This document shows, in pieces, positions 27,396 through 37,594 of a stretch of 64,000 nucleotides of DNA. The number at the start of each line of letters is the position of its first letter. The first letter of the stretch is position 1. This DNA is from an uncultured Actinomycetota bacterium (GTDB lineage: Bacteria > Actinomycetota > Actinomycetes > Mycobacteriales > SCTD01), in the NCBI GenBank assembly GCA_963784705.1, contig CAWASC010000008.1, forward strand, positions 292,334 through 356,333. The letters run 5' to 3'. A program made the translations under genes and the position numbers. The notes beneath the pieces are model-generated. The model made no database searches. It was not told where the DNA came from and saw only the letters and a program-made list of their open reading frames with translations.

Positions 27396-28289
27396 TCAGA
27401 AGCCGAGCTTCTTGAGCTGCTTGGGGTCGCGCTGCCAGTCCTTCGCGACCGTCACCCGCAGGTCCAGGTGGATCGGCGTGCCCAGCAGCGTCTCCATCTG
27501 CTTGCGGGCGGTGATGCCGACGTCCCGCAACCGGGTACCGCCCTTGCCCAGCACGATCGCCTTCTGCGAGTCGCGCTCCACGTGGATGAGGGCGTAGACG
27601 TCGAGCAGTGGCCGGTCGTCCGGGCGGCCCTCGCGGGGCAGCATCTCCTCGATGGTCACAGCAATGGAGTGCGGCAGCTCGTCGCGCACGCCCTCGAGCA
27701 CGGCCTCGCGGATCATCTCGCCCGCCAGCACCTGCTCGGGTTCGTCGGTGAGCTCGCCGTCGGGGTAGAGCGGCGGCCCTTCCGGCATGCGGGCGACGAG
27801 CAGGTCCTCCAGGAGCTTCACCTGGAACCCGTCGACCGCGCTGGTGGGCACGACGTCGGCCCAGTCGTGCAGGGCGCTCACGGCGAGCAGCTGCTCTCCG
27901 ACGCGGTCCGGCTTCACCAGGTCGGTCTTGGTGACGACGGCGATGACCGGCGTGGACACCTGCGCCAGCTCGGCGGCGATGAAGCGGTCCCCCGGACCGA
28001 TCTTGTCGTCGGCGGTGACGCAGAAGCAGATGACGTCGACGCTCGCGTAGGTCTCGCGCACGAGGTCGTTGAGCCGCTCCCCCAGCAGGGTGCGCGGCTT
28101 GTGGAGACCGGGGGTGTCGACGACGACGAGCTGCGCGTCCTCGCGGTGCACGATGCCCCGGACCGCGTGGCGCGTGGTCTGCGGACGGGAGGACGTGATC
28201 GCGATCTTCTGCCCGATCAGGGCGTTGGTCAGGGTCGACTTGCCGGCGTTGGGACGCCCGACGAAGCAGGCGAAGCCGGAGCGGTGCAT
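27396..28289 (-). CDS. era: GTPase Era
   Basis: ORF 27396..28289. GRPNAGKSTL, DTPG, TKTD G-motifs plus a C-terminal KH domain. Confidence 0.95.
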   Translation of the reverse strand: MHRSGFACFVGRPNAGKSTLTNALIGQKIAITSSRPQTTRHAVRGIVHREDAQLVVVDTPGLHKPRTLLGERLNDLVRETYASVDVICFCVTADDKIGPGDRFIAAELAQVSTPVIAVVTKTDLVKPDRVGEQLLAVSALHDWADVVPTSAVDGFQVKLLEDLLVARMPEGPPLYPDGELTDEPEQVLAGEMIREAVLEGVRDELPHSIAVTIEEMLPREGRPDDRPLLDVYALIHVERDSQKAIVLGKGGTRLRDVGITARKQMETLLGTPIHLDLRVTVAKDWQRDPKQLKKLGF

Positions 28290-28657
28290 CAGCTGTGCCG
28301 CGTCTCGCGCAGTGCGCCGTCAGGACCGGCGACCAGCAGCGGCGTGCCCGTCCCGAACTCTCCCAGGACGGCCAGGTCGGTCTCGGCCACGAGCGCCTCG
28401 GTGACGACGGCCGCCGCCTCGAAGCTGCGCGCGCCGCTGGAGGCGGCCGCGGCCACGGCGGCGCGCAAGGCGGTCGTCGTCAGGGTGGGGTCGCCGTTCT
28501 CGACCGTCGCGGCCGAGTAGGTGCGCCCGTCGGTGTCACGCACGGCCGCGCCCTCTGCGACGCCGGTGTGCGGGACGTGCGCGCGCAGGCGGGCCGCGCG
28601 GGCCAGCGTCACGATCTTGGCGTCCTCGTCGGTCAGGTCGGCGGTGCTGTGGGTCAC
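28289..28657 (-). CDS. Cytidine-deaminase-fold protein lacking the zinc-binding catalytic motifs
   Basis: ORF 28289..28657. It occupies the conserved slot between the corC-type gene and era. I could not find the H/CAE or PCxxC motifs, so a non-catalytic fold member is inferred. Confidence 0.5.
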   Translation of the reverse strand: MTHSTADLTDEDAKIVTLARAARLRAHVPHTGVAEGAAVRDTDGRTYSAATVENGDPTLTTTALRAAVAAAASSGARSFEAAAVVTEALVAETDLAVLGEFGTGTPLLVAGPDGALRETRHS

Positions 28658-29925
28658 GTGCTCTCTTCCTCCATGCGTCGGACCAGGACGGTCCCGATGC
28701 GGTTGCGGCGGCCCTTGGCGCTCTCGGCGACCAGGACCAGCCCGTTGATGCGTGCGGTCGCGCCGGGGATCGGCACGCGCCCCAGCAGCGTCGCGAGCAG
28801 TCCGCCGACGGTGTCGACGTCCTCGTGCGGCAGGGACACGCCGTACAGCTGCTCGAGGTCCTCGATGGGGAGCCGGGCAGTGATCCGCCGGGAGCCGTCG
28901 TCGAGGTCCTCGACGGCCGGGGCCTCACGGTCGTACTCGTCGGTGATCTCACCGACGACCTCCTCGACGATGTCCTCGAGGGTGACCAGACCGGCGGTAC
29001 CGCCGTACTCGTCGACGACGACGGCGATGTGCCCGAGCTCGGTCTGCATCTCGCGCAGCAGGTCGTCGACGGGCTTGCTCTCCGGCACGAACACCGGCGG
29101 GCGCAGGACGTCCTCCACCTTGAGGGCCCCTCCGCCCTCGGTGCGCTCCTTCTTCACCAGGTCGCGCAGGTAGACCACGCCGAGGACGTCATCGGTGTTG
29201 TCCCCGACGACGGGGACCCGACTGAATCCGCTGCGCAGCAGCAGGTTCAGCGCCTGCCGGACCGTCTTGCCGCGCTCGATGGTGACGATGTCGGTCCTCG
29301 GCACCATGACCTCGCGCACGATGGTGTCCGACAGCTCGAAGACCGACTCGATCATGTCGCGTTCGGACTGCTCGACCACCCCGCGCTGCTGCGCGCGCTC
29401 GACCAGGTCACGCAGCTCGGCCTCGGAGGCGAACGGTCCCTCGCGAAAGCCCTTGCCCGGCGTGAGCGCGTTCCCGACCAGGATGAGCAGCGAGGGCAGC
29501 GGACCGAGCACCCGCGTCAGCACCGTGAGCGGTCCCGCCGCCGCCAGCGCGACGCGCGGGGCCTGCTGCCGCCCGAGGGTCCGCGCCGCCACCCCGATGA
29601 CGACGTAGCTGACGACGGTCATCACCGCGACGGCCACCACCACCGCGACCGCTCCCCCGATGCGGTCCAGGCAGTACGACGTCACGAGACCGACGGCGGC
29701 GATCTCGCAGATCACCCGCAGGAGCAGGACCAGGTTGACCGACCGCGGCCCCTCCGCGACGAGCGACTGCAACCGCAGCGCCCCGGGGCGTCCCTCCTCG
29801 ACGAGCTCGTCGACGGCGATGTGCGAGATCCGCGAGAGCGCGACCTCGGCGCAGGTGAGCAGCGCCGCGACGACCACGAAGGCCGCCGCGAGCAGCGGCG
29901 TCACCAGGTGGCTCAGGGTGCTCAC
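28654..29925 (-). CDS. Hemolysin-family / CNNM (DUF21-CBS-CorC_HlyC) membrane protein
   Basis: ORF 28654..29925. N-terminal 4-TM DUF21 region, CBS pair ([14 protein letters not shown]...; [10 protein letters not shown]), C-terminal transporter-associated domain. Confidence 0.9.
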   Translation of the reverse strand: MSTLSHLVTPLLAAAFVVVAALLTCAEVALSRISHIAVDELVEEGRPGALRLQSLVAEGPRSVNLVLLLRVICEIAAVGLVTSYCLDRIGGAVAVVVAVAVMTVVSYVVIGVAARTLGRQQAPRVALAAAGPLTVLTRVLGPLPSLLILVGNALTPGKGFREGPFASEAELRDLVERAQQRGVVEQSERDMIESVFELSDTIVREVMVPRTDIVTIERGKTVRQALNLLLRSGFSRVPVVGDNTDDVLGVVYLRDLVKKERTEGGGALKVEDVLRPPVFVPESKPVDDLLREMQTELGHIAVVVDEYGGTAGLVTLEDIVEEVVGEITDEYDREAPAVEDLDDGSRRITARLPIEDLEQLYGVSLPHEDVDTVGGLLATLLGRVPIPGATARINGLVLVAESAKGRRNRIGTVLVRRMEEEST

Positions 29926-30413
29926 CCGCGACCTGCGCGCCAGGCTGCCAGCAGCTCGCCCTGCAGCCCGAACATCTCGGCGTGCTCCTCGGGCTCACCG
30001 TGGTCGAACCCGAGAAGGTGCAGCACCCCGTGCGTCGTCAGGAGCTCGAGCTCGTCGGCGGTGCTGTGACCGGCCTCGGTGGCCTGTCGCTCCGCCACCG
30101 CCGGGCACAGCAGGACATCACCGAGCAGGACGGGACCGTCGTCCTCCCCGCGCTCGCGCGCCGAGTGCGCGGGCCCTGCGCCCCGCGAGCCGCGCAGGTC
30201 GAGCTCGTCCATCGGGAAGGCCATGACGTCGGTCGGTCCCGGCTCGTCCATCCACTTCACGTGCTCGGCGGTCATGCGCTCCTCGTCGACCAGCAGCACC
30301 GACAGCTCGGCGAGCGGGGACACCCCCATCGTGTCGAGCACGTGTCGCGCGACCAGCACCAGGGCGCGCTCGTCGACGTCGTGCTCGGACTCGTTCAGGA
30401 TCTCGATGCTCAT
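29922..30413 (-). CDS. ybeY: rRNA maturation RNase YbeY
   Basis: ORF 29922..30413. The [11 protein letters not shown] zinc-binding motif is diagnostic. Confidence 0.95.
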   Translation of the reverse strand: MSIEILNESEHDVDERALVLVARHVLDTMGVSPLAELSVLLVDEERMTAEHVKWMDEPGPTDVMAFPMDELDLRGSRGAGPAHSARERGEDDGPVLLGDVLLCPAVAERQATEAGHSTADELELLTTHGVLHLLGFDHGEPEEHAEMFGLQGELLAAWRAGRG

Positions 30414-30420
30414 CGGGCCC

Positions 30421-31770
30421 TCATGTCGTCCCCAGTCCCAGCGCCGCGAAGGGACGAGGGTCGCGGGTGTAGGCGTAGCCGGCGAACAGCAGGTGGCTCA
30501 CGCTGCCGTCGTCGAGCCGCACGACGGTCAGCCGTTCCCCCCGCTCGCGTCCCGCCGTCGCCTCGAAGGCGTTGGCGTCCGTACGACGCAGGCGGGTGCG
30601 TCGACGCTCAGGCGCTCCGCGACCGTGCATCGTGAGCTCGCCATCGCGCCACTCCACGAGGACCTCGGAACCCTCGCTCCACCACGGACCCAGCAATGGC
30701 CGCACCTCGTCGGGCACCGTCGCGGGGACCCACGCGGGAGCCGGGCGGGGGTCGGCGTCGAGGACGGTCGTGAGCAGCTCGGCGGCCAGGCCCTCCGGGT
30801 CGGCGGACCGCCCGGTGTTGGTCAGCACGACCGCACCCGTGCGCTCCCGCTCGTCGCGGAAGGCGTAGCAGCCGGCGAGGAAGCCGGGCATCGCACCGCC
30901 GTGCCCGTGCAGGACCCGCTCGCCCTGACGGCGCAGCATCAGCCCGGCTCCCCAGGCGAGCGCGAAGGTGCTGGGGTCGAACACCACCAGCGGCTGGCGC
31001 ATCTGCTCGAGGGTGTCGACGGCGAGCACCGTCGGGTCGGGGTCGGCGAGGAACGCCGCCCACCGGGCCAGGTCCGCTGCGGTCGACCACAGCTGCATCG
31101 CCGGCGCCGCTGCGCCGGTCGGGAACGGAGGCTCGGCATGCACCGCATCCGCCCACGGCTCGGTGAAGTAGCCCTGCGCCGCCGCACCGACCGGCTCGAG
31201 GCCGGTGGACGTCATGCCCAGCGGGGTGAGGAGCCGCTGCTGCACCTGCTCGGCCCAGCTGCTGCCGGTGACCTGGCCGATGACCTCGCCCAGGACGGCA
31301 TACGCCAGGTTGCTGTAGTGGTGAGCGGTGTCCGGCGGGAGCACCTGGTCGGCGGCCTCGAGCTCGGCGAGCAGCCGCTCCCGGCCCGGCTCCTCGAGGG
31401 TGACCCACATGTCGCCGACCTCACGCTGCAGCCCGCTGCTGTGCGCGAGCAGCCGACGCAGGGTGAGCCGCCCGTGGCGCGTACCGGGCAGGTGCACCGC
31501 CAGCGGGTGGTCGAGGTCCAGCCGTCCCTCGTCGCGCAGCTGGTGCAGCAGGACAGCGGTGAAGGTCTTGGTGATCGACCCGATCCGGAACGCCACGTCC
31601 TGGCCGGCCGGCGCTGCCTCGGGCTCGACGACGGCCGAGCCGACGGCGCCCGACCAGCAGACCGTGCCCTCCCGGACGACGGCGGCAACGACCGACGGGG
31701 CGCGCCACTCCCGCTGCGCGGTGGCGATCCGCCGGTCGAGGTCAGCGGCGTACGACGGGGCATCGGTCAC
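30421..31770 (-). CDS. Serine hydrolase, beta-lactamase (class C-like) family
   Basis: ORF 30421..31770. SxxK (GSITKTF) and YxN (HHYSNLAY) motifs, plus a C-terminal extra domain. Confidence 0.85.
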   Translation of the reverse strand: MTDAPSYAADLDRRIATAQREWRAPSVVAAVVREGTVCWSGAVGSAVVEPEAAPAGQDVAFRIGSITKTFTAVLLHQLRDEGRLDLDHPLAVHLPGTRHGRLTLRRLLAHSSGLQREVGDMWVTLEEPGRERLLAELEAADQVLPPDTAHHYSNLAYAVLGEVIGQVTGSSWAEQVQQRLLTPLGMTSTGLEPVGAAAQGYFTEPWADAVHAEPPFPTGAAAPAMQLWSTAADLARWAAFLADPDPTVLAVDTLEQMRQPLVVFDPSTFALAWGAGLMLRRQGERVLHGHGGAMPGFLAGCYAFRDERERTGAVVLTNTGRSADPEGLAAELLTTVLDADPRPAPAWVPATVPDEVRPLLGPWWSEGSEVLVEWRDGELTMHGRGAPERRRTRLRRTDANAFEATAGRERGERLTVVRLDDGSVSHLLFAGYAYTRDPRPFAALGLGTT

Positions 31771-32798
31771 CGGGGGCCGCGCTTGCTGTCGTCACGACGC
31801 CCGGGAGCACGCACCGTCTTCGCGAGCTCGGCGTCGTACTGCGCGTAGGCGTCGACGATCCGGCCGACGAGGCGGTGCCGCACGACGTCCTCGCTGGACA
31901 GCAGCGCGAAGTGCACGTCCTCGACGCCCTCCAGGATGTCGCGCACGACGCGCAGGCCGCTCACGGTGCCGCCAGGCAGGTCGACCTGGGTGACGTCTCC
32001 GGTCACCACCATCTTCGAGCCGAAGCCGAGGCGGGTGAGGAACATCTTCATCTGCTCGGCTGAGGTGTTCTGCGCCTCGTCGAGGATGATGAACGCGTCG
32101 TTGAGCGACCGACCTCGCATGTAGGCCAGGGGCGCCACCTCGATGGTCCCGGCAGCCAGCAGCCGCGGGATGGTCTCGGCGTCGATCATGTCGTGCAGCG
32201 CGTCGTACAGCGGGCGAAGGTAGGGGTCGATCTTGTCGGTGAGCGTGCCGGGCAGGAAGCCCAGGCGCTCCCCCGCCTCGACCGCGGGGCGCGTGAGGAT
32301 GATCCGGTTGACCTGCTTGGCCTGCAGTGCCTGCACGGCCTTGGCCATCGCCAGGTAGGTCTTGCCGGTGCCGGCCGGACCGATGCCGAACACGATCGTG
32401 TGGTCGTCGATCGCCTCGACGTAGCGGCGCTGGTTGACCGTCTTCGGGCGGATGGTGCGGCCGCGGTTGCTGACGATGTTGAGGGTGAGGACGTCGGCCG
32501 GACGGTCGGTCGTGCTGCCGGTCAGCATCGCGAGGCTGCGCTCGACGGCGTCTGCCGTGAGCTGCTGCCCCTGGGCGACCAGCGCGATGAGCGCGTCCAG
32601 CAGTCGCGTGGCCAGGGCGTTGTCCGCCGCGGCACCGGTGAACGTGACCTCGTTGCCGCGCACGTGCACGTCACTGACGAGCACGCGTTCGAGGACCGCG
32701 AGCAGCTCGTCACGGCTGCCGAGCAGCGCGACCATGGGCGTCGCCTCGGGCACGACGATCTTCGTGGTGACAGTGGCGCTCGCCGGGTTCTCGGACAT
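31767..32798 (-). CDS. phoH: PhoH family ATPase
   Basis: ORF 31767..32798. [13 protein letters not shown] Walker A and FIILDEAQN Walker B. Confidence 0.95.
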   Translation of the reverse strand: MSENPASATVTTKIVVPEATPMVALLGSRDELLAVLERVLVSDVHVRGNEVTFTGAAADNALATRLLDALIALVAQGQQLTADAVERSLAMLTGSTTDRPADVLTLNIVSNRGRTIRPKTVNQRRYVEAIDDHTIVFGIGPAGTGKTYLAMAKAVQALQAKQVNRIILTRPAVEAGERLGFLPGTLTDKIDPYLRPLYDALHDMIDAETIPRLLAAGTIEVAPLAYMRGRSLNDAFIILDEAQNTSAEQMKMFLTRLGFGSKMVVTGDVTQVDLPGGTVSGLRVVRDILEGVEDVHFALLSSEDVVRHRLVGRIVDAYAQYDAELAKTVRAPGRRDDSKRGPR

Positions 32799-32839
32799 CA
32801 GGCTCCCAGCCTATCGGTCGCCCTCGGCTGCCGACCGGG

Positions 32840-33187
32840 TCAGGCCGGACCGACGAGCAGCCCCAGGTTGCGCCCGCCGAGCACGTGCACGTGGAAGTGG
32901 AAGACGGTTTGACCGCCGTCCGGCCCGGTGTTCGTGAGCACCCGGTAGCCCCCGGTCAGCCCCTCCTGCTCGGCCACCCGGGCTGCTTCGGCGAAGACCT
33001 CGCCCAGGTACGCCGGGTCGGCCGTCGCCAAGGCGGCGAGGTCGGCGTGGTGCTCCTTCGGGATCACCAGCACGTGCGTCGGCGCCCACGGGTTGAGGTC
33101 GCGAAAGGCCAGGACCCGGTCGGTCTCGAGCACCTTCGTGCTCGGGATGTCGCCCGCGACGATCGCGCAGAACACGCAGTCAGCCAT
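32840..33187 (-). CDS. HIT family nucleotide hydrolase/transferase
   Basis: ORF 32840..33187. CVFCAI N-terminus and histidine triad HFHVHVLGG. Confidence 0.9.
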   Translation of the reverse strand: MADCVFCAIVAGDIPSTKVLETDRVLAFRDLNPWAPTHVLVIPKEHHADLAALATADPAYLGEVFAEAARVAEQEGLTGGYRVLTNTGPDGGQTVFHFHVHVLGGRNLGLLVGPA

Positions 33188-33758
33188 GGGTCCCCTCCCG
33201 ATGGCGGGTGACGTAGAGGCCGGCCGCGCCCGCGGCGCCGAGGGTGACGCCGCCCAGGACCACGAGCACGATGAGGCGGGCGACCGGGTCGGACTCGCTG
33301 GCCTTGCGCATCGCCGCGACCGGCGAGGCCGAGGGGGTCGCCGTGGCGACGGGGATCGCGCCTGTGTCGACAGGGGCCAGCGTCGGCGCGGACGTCGTCG
33401 TCGCGGAGGTGCTGCGCGGTCGGGGACTGGGCGACCGCGTCACCGCGGACCGGGTGACCACGGTGCTAGGTGCCGCGCTCGGAGTCGCGGTCGTCGTGGG
33501 CACGGGGTCCTGGGACGGTTCTGGGGTGGGGGTTGCGGTGCGGGTCGGCAGGGGGATCGGGAGCATCGTGGGCGAGGGGCTGCCCGCCGGCTCGGGGGCT
33601 GGCTCCTGGGTGGGTGTGGGCGCATCGGTGGGCTCGTCCGAGGCGGCCACCAGCGGCAAGGCACCGGCGTCCGTCGTACCGCCGGGCAGAAGGGTCAGCA
33701 CGGGAAGCGCGACGAGGGTCGCTCCGACTGCGAGGGCGCGCAGGCGGGCGGACGACAT
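33180..33758 (-). CDS. Pro/Thr-rich secreted protein with C-terminal membrane anchor (hypothetical)
   Basis: ORF 33180..33758. N-terminal signal-like segment, long PT-rich low-complexity body, C-terminal hydrophobic helix followed by TRHREG. No LPXTG motif. Confidence 0.45.
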   Translation of the reverse strand: MSSARLRALAVGATLVALPVLTLLPGGTTDAGALPLVAASDEPTDAPTPTQEPAPEPAGSPSPTMLPIPLPTRTATPTPEPSQDPVPTTTATPSAAPSTVVTRSAVTRSPSPRPRSTSATTTSAPTLAPVDTGAIPVATATPSASPVAAMRKASESDPVARLIVLVVLGGVTLGAAGAAGLYVTRHREGTHG

Positions 33759-33877
33759 GGCCCGCAGGATACGGCGCGATCTCGGGTCGCGGTGCCAACC
33801 TTCTCGGTGGGGCGGCGCGTCGGTAGGGCCATGACAGCGCTTCTGGGGCTTCGCGGACGAGGGCGGGGGACGCGGCG

Positions 33878-34369
33878 ATGACCGAGCAGGACACGCTCAC
33901 CGCGCTCTACACCGCGCACTACCGCGGGCTGGTGCGGCTGGCCGCGCACCTGACCGGTGACCGGGACAACGCCGAGGAGGTGGTGCAGGACGCCTACGTC
34001 GCGGTCGCCGGCTCCTGGCGCGGCCTGCGCGAGCCCGCCAAGGCCGAGGCCTACCTGCGTACGGCGGTCGTCAACGGCTCCCGCTCGCGGCTGCGCCGCC
34101 GGCAGGTCGCGGCCAGGCACCGGCCGGAACCGATGCCGGACATGGCCTCCGCCGAAGCGGGGGCGCTCGTCCACGTGCAGCGCGACCTCGTCCTGCAGGC
34201 GCTGCACGCCCTGCCTCGACGGCAGCGCGAGGCGGTCGTCCTGCGCTACTACGCCGACCTCACCGAGGCCCAGACCGCCGAGGCCATGGGCTGCGGCGTC
34301 GGCTCGGTCAAGAGCTACACCTCGCGCGCCATGCAGGCGCTGCGCCCGCTGCTGGAGGAGTCCCGATGA
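33878..34369 (+). CDS. ECF (SigE-family) RNA polymerase sigma factor
   Basis: ORF 33878..34369. Region 2 (AEEVVQDAYVAV) and region 4 HTH (LPRRQREAVVLRYYADLTEAQTAEAMGCGVGSVKSY). Confidence 0.9.
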   Translation: MTEQDTLTALYTAHYRGLVRLAAHLTGDRDNAEEVVQDAYVAVAGSWRGLREPAKAEAYLRTAVVNGSRSRLRRRQVAARHRPEPMPDMASAEAGALVHVQRDLVLQALHALPRRQREAVVLRYYADLTEAQTAEAMGCGVGSVKSYTSRAMQALRPLLEESR

Positions 34370-36038
34370 GCACCCCCGAGGAGCGGCTGTCCGCTCTGCT
34401 GCATGACGAGGACGTCGCCGTGAGCGGAGACGGCCTGTCCCGCATCCAGGCCCGGGTGGCCCGTCGGCGACGCAGGCGCCTGGTGCTCGCGCCCGTCGCC
34501 GCGCTCGCCGTGGTCGGGGTTGTCGCGACCGCCGTGCTCGCCGTCGACCGCGACCCCAAGTCGGCCCTGCTGCCCGGTGGCAGCAGCGCGTCACCCGTCG
34601 CTCCCGTCGGATCCGCCCGCCGAGCAGGGATACGCCGGACCGGCGATCTGGCCGTTCACCACCCCGACCGAGGCCGCCGCCTGGCGCGCAGACTCCTCGG
34701 CGCAACCGTGCGCTGGTGACGGCCCAGCAAGTCGCCGAGCCTTCCTGACGCGACTTCCTGCGGCTGTCCGGGCCGGCCTCCGGACCACCCTCGAGGTCAT
34801 CGGCGCCGGCTCTCCCAGCGACCCTGGGGCGTCTCGGTCTCTGTGGGAGACACGTCGATCGGGCGTGCTTGTCGCTCGAGCAGCTCGGTGCCGGACGGGC
34901 CATGGACCGTCGCGCAGCTCAGCCCGAACGGCCTCACGTGGCCGCCCCGACGCCAGTGAACGGGGCGGTGACGACTCCCCTGACGGTGACCGGCACGCTC
35001 GCGCAGGGGGTTGACGAGAACATCCGGCTGACCCTTCTCACCCAAGACGGTCGGGAGGTCGCGACCGGGGGCGCTCCCGCGGGCCGTGAGGCGCCGTGGA
35101 GCGGGACGCTGACCTGGACCGACACCTCGTGGACCTACGGCGCGGTCATCGGTCAGACGTTCTCGCCCAAGGACGGCGCGCTGACCCGCCTGTTCGCCGT
35201 ACCCGTCGTCCGGGCCGACGGCGCGAGCTCGTCGGCGGAGTCCTTCGCCGCCACGGTCGCCGGTCACATCAGCCTCTACGACAGCCTCAATGGTGAGCAC
35301 CTCAGCCAGCTGACCTTCCCACCCACCGGCAGCGCGGACCGGGAGCCCGCGTGGAACGCTGGAACGGTGGTGTGGGTGCGGGCGAGCACCCAGGGGTGCC
35401 GTAGCGGGCTGAACCAGCTGGTCGCGGGCACCGCCTCCACCCTCGTCGCCCCCTCAGCGTCCGACATCCGGACTCCCCGGTTGTCGGACGACGGACGCAC
35501 GCTCGCCTGGGTGTCTCGGTCCTGCTCGACCGGTGCCGAGCAGGTCGTGTCCCGTCGCGACGCCACGGACACCGCGCTGGACGTGCCCGCCGGGTCCACC
35601 GCTCGGGTGCTCGACGTCGCCGTCGACGGAGCACTGCTGGTGCACCTGAACGACGTCGGCTCCAAGGACAACCCCGGGACCGTCGGGCTGCTGCCCGCCG
35701 GGGCGGGATCGCTCGACGCGCTCATCCCCCTCACGCCTGAGGGGTCGTGCTTCCTGGCCGTGGCCGCCACCTTCACCCCACAGGTCAGCGCCTGGGAGAC
35801 CTGCGGGGACCGCTCCCGACTGGTGCGGTTCGGGACGGACGGTCGACGGGCGAGCGCGGGACCGCTGGTCGGAGCGCGGGCGGTCGCCAGCAGCGCCGAT
35901 CAGGGCGGACGTCAGCTGCTGCTGATCACGGCCGACGACGGCGGGCAGGTCGTGACCCTGTACAGCAACGAGGTCATCGACTTCGTCCGCCGGTGTGTCG
36001 GCACCGCCGACAGCTGCCCGACCGAACCGTCCTGGTGA
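34366..36038 (+). pseudogene. Sigma-partner membrane protein (TM helix + Gmad2-like Ig domain + beta-propeller-like C-terminus), several frame breaks
   Basis: ATGA-coupled to the sigma gene. The N-terminal TM part is in ORF 34366..34719. IWPFTTPTEAAAW is in ORF 34520..35014. DGPWTVAQLSPNGLT is seen only in a third frame. The remainder (TPLTVTGTLAQGVDENIRLTLL... to the stop) is in ORF 34869..36038. Confidence 0.6.
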
Positions 36039-36210
36039 CGCACCCCGTTCCTCGCCCCCGCTCGCACCGTCCGACACCGCGGACACGTCCACGCGTGCAC
36101 TCTTCGGACAGCGCGCGGGGCTGACCCGGGCGACGCTTGTCTCTCTCGGCCTCACCGGCTCCTGAGGTGACACCCAGCGAACTCGCAGGGTTCTGACCTA
36201 CCCTCCGACC

Positions 36211-36869
36211 ATGACCGGCCTCATCGAGAGCGCGCTCTCGAGCGTCCCCGACTGGGTCGTCTACCTGACGGTGTTCCTCCTGCCGTTCCTCGAGGCGAGC
36301 GTCTTCCTCGGCTTCGTGTTCCCCGGCGAGACCGCGCTGGTCTTCGGCGGGGTGCTCGCCAGCCAGGGCAAGGTCAGCCTGACCACGCTGCTCGTCCTGG
36401 CGGTCGTCGGCGCCATCACCGGCGACGCCGTCGGGTACGGCGTCGGCCGCCGCTACGGCTCACGGCTGCAGGCCAGCCGACTCGGCCAGCGGATCGGCGA
36501 CGAGCGCTGGCGAGGTCACCGAGCGCTTCCTGCAGCGCCGCGGCGGCACAGCGGTGTTCTTCGGCCGCTGGACGGCGCTGCTGCGCGCCATGGTCCCCGG
36601 CGCTGCCGGGATGGCGCGGCTGCCGTACCGCACGTTCTTCGTCTTCAACGTCCTCGGCGGCACGATCTGGGCCGTCGCGTGCGTGTACGGCGGCTACCTG
36701 GTCGGCGACGTCGTCGGCCAGCTACGTCTCCGGCTTCGGCTACGTCATCGGCGGCATCGTGGTGCTGTTCGTGGCCCTGCACCTGGTCAAGAAGTACCGC
36801 GAGAAGCGCCGCGGCGTGGCTCAGGCCGACCCGGTGCTCGCCGCTACCAGCGACGTGTCCGAGCGCTGA
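36211..36869 (+). pseudogene. dedA: DedA family membrane protein, two +1 frame breaks
   Basis: Frame 1: MTGLIESALSSVPDWVVYLTVFLLPFLEASVFLGFVFPGETALVFGG. Frame 2 (ORF 36554..): FFGRWTALLRAMVPGAAGMARLPYRTFFVFNVLGGTIWAV. Frame 3: YVSGFGYVIGGIVVLFVALHLVKKYREKRR to TGA 36867-36869. Length 659 minus 2 is a multiple of 3. Confidence 0.8.
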
Positions 36870-37594
36870 CCACCGCGATCGCGGCGGCCCCCGCGGTCGA
36901 GGTCCGCAGCACCGAGGACCCGAGGCGCACCGGCGTGCCGCCCAGGACGGCCAGCTCATCGGCACCGATCCCGCCCTCCGGGCCCACGACCAGCACCACG
37001 TCGCCGGTGAGCTCGACCGACGACAGGGCCTCGGTGGCGTCCTCGTGCAGCACGAGCAGCTGACCGGGCAGACCCGCCACGTCCGGCGTGCGCACGGGGT
37101 CGGTGACCTCGGGGAACCACGCGCGGCGGGACTGCTTGGCCGCCTCGTGCGCCGTCGACCGCCAGCGGGCCAGCGCCTTCGGCCCGCGGTCGGCGTCCCA
37201 CTTCACGATGCAGCGCTCCGCCGCCCACGGGACGATCGCGTCGACGCCGACCTCGGTCGCGAGCTCGACGGCGAGCTCCCCGCGGTCGCCCTTGGCCAGC
37301 GCCTGCACCAGGGTCACCCGCGGGGACGGCGCCGGCTCGACGACGCGCTGCGTCACCGACGAGCGTCACGCGGTCCTTGCCCACGGCGACCAGCGGACCG
37401 GTCACCCGCGTGCCCCGGCCGTCGACCAGGTCGACGACCTCGCCGACCCGCAGGCGTCGTACGGTCGCGGCGTGCCGGCCCTCCGGCCCGTCCAGGAACG
37501 AGGGTGTCCTGATCAGGCTGAGAGTCAGGCGAGAGTCACGCCGAGAGTCAGGCCGAGGGTCCAGGTCCGGGTGCCAGAAGACCGGGTTGCTCAC
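36844..37594 (-). pseudogene. rsmE: 16S rRNA (uracil1498-N3)-methyltransferase RsmE, one frame break
   Basis: The N-terminus is in ORF 36956..37594 (GTG 37594; LDGPEGRHAATVRRLRVGEVVDLVDGRG). The C-terminus is in ORF 36844..37356 (VTLVQALAKGDRGELAVELATEVGVDAIVPW...GPEGG). The break is near 37350-37365. Length 751 minus 1 is a multiple of 3. Confidence 0.8.
37518..37565. repeat. 12-bp imperfect tandem repeat x4 in the rsmE 5' coding region
   Basis: CTGAGAGTCAGG CGAGAGTCACGC CGAGAGTCAGGC CGAGGGTCCAGG, read directly on the plus strand. Confidence 0.8.

Noticed and set aside
33180-33758. Sortase-anchored (LPXTG) surface protein
   Set aside because: A C-terminal hydrophobic helix and basic tail are present, but no LPXTG or variant motif precedes them.
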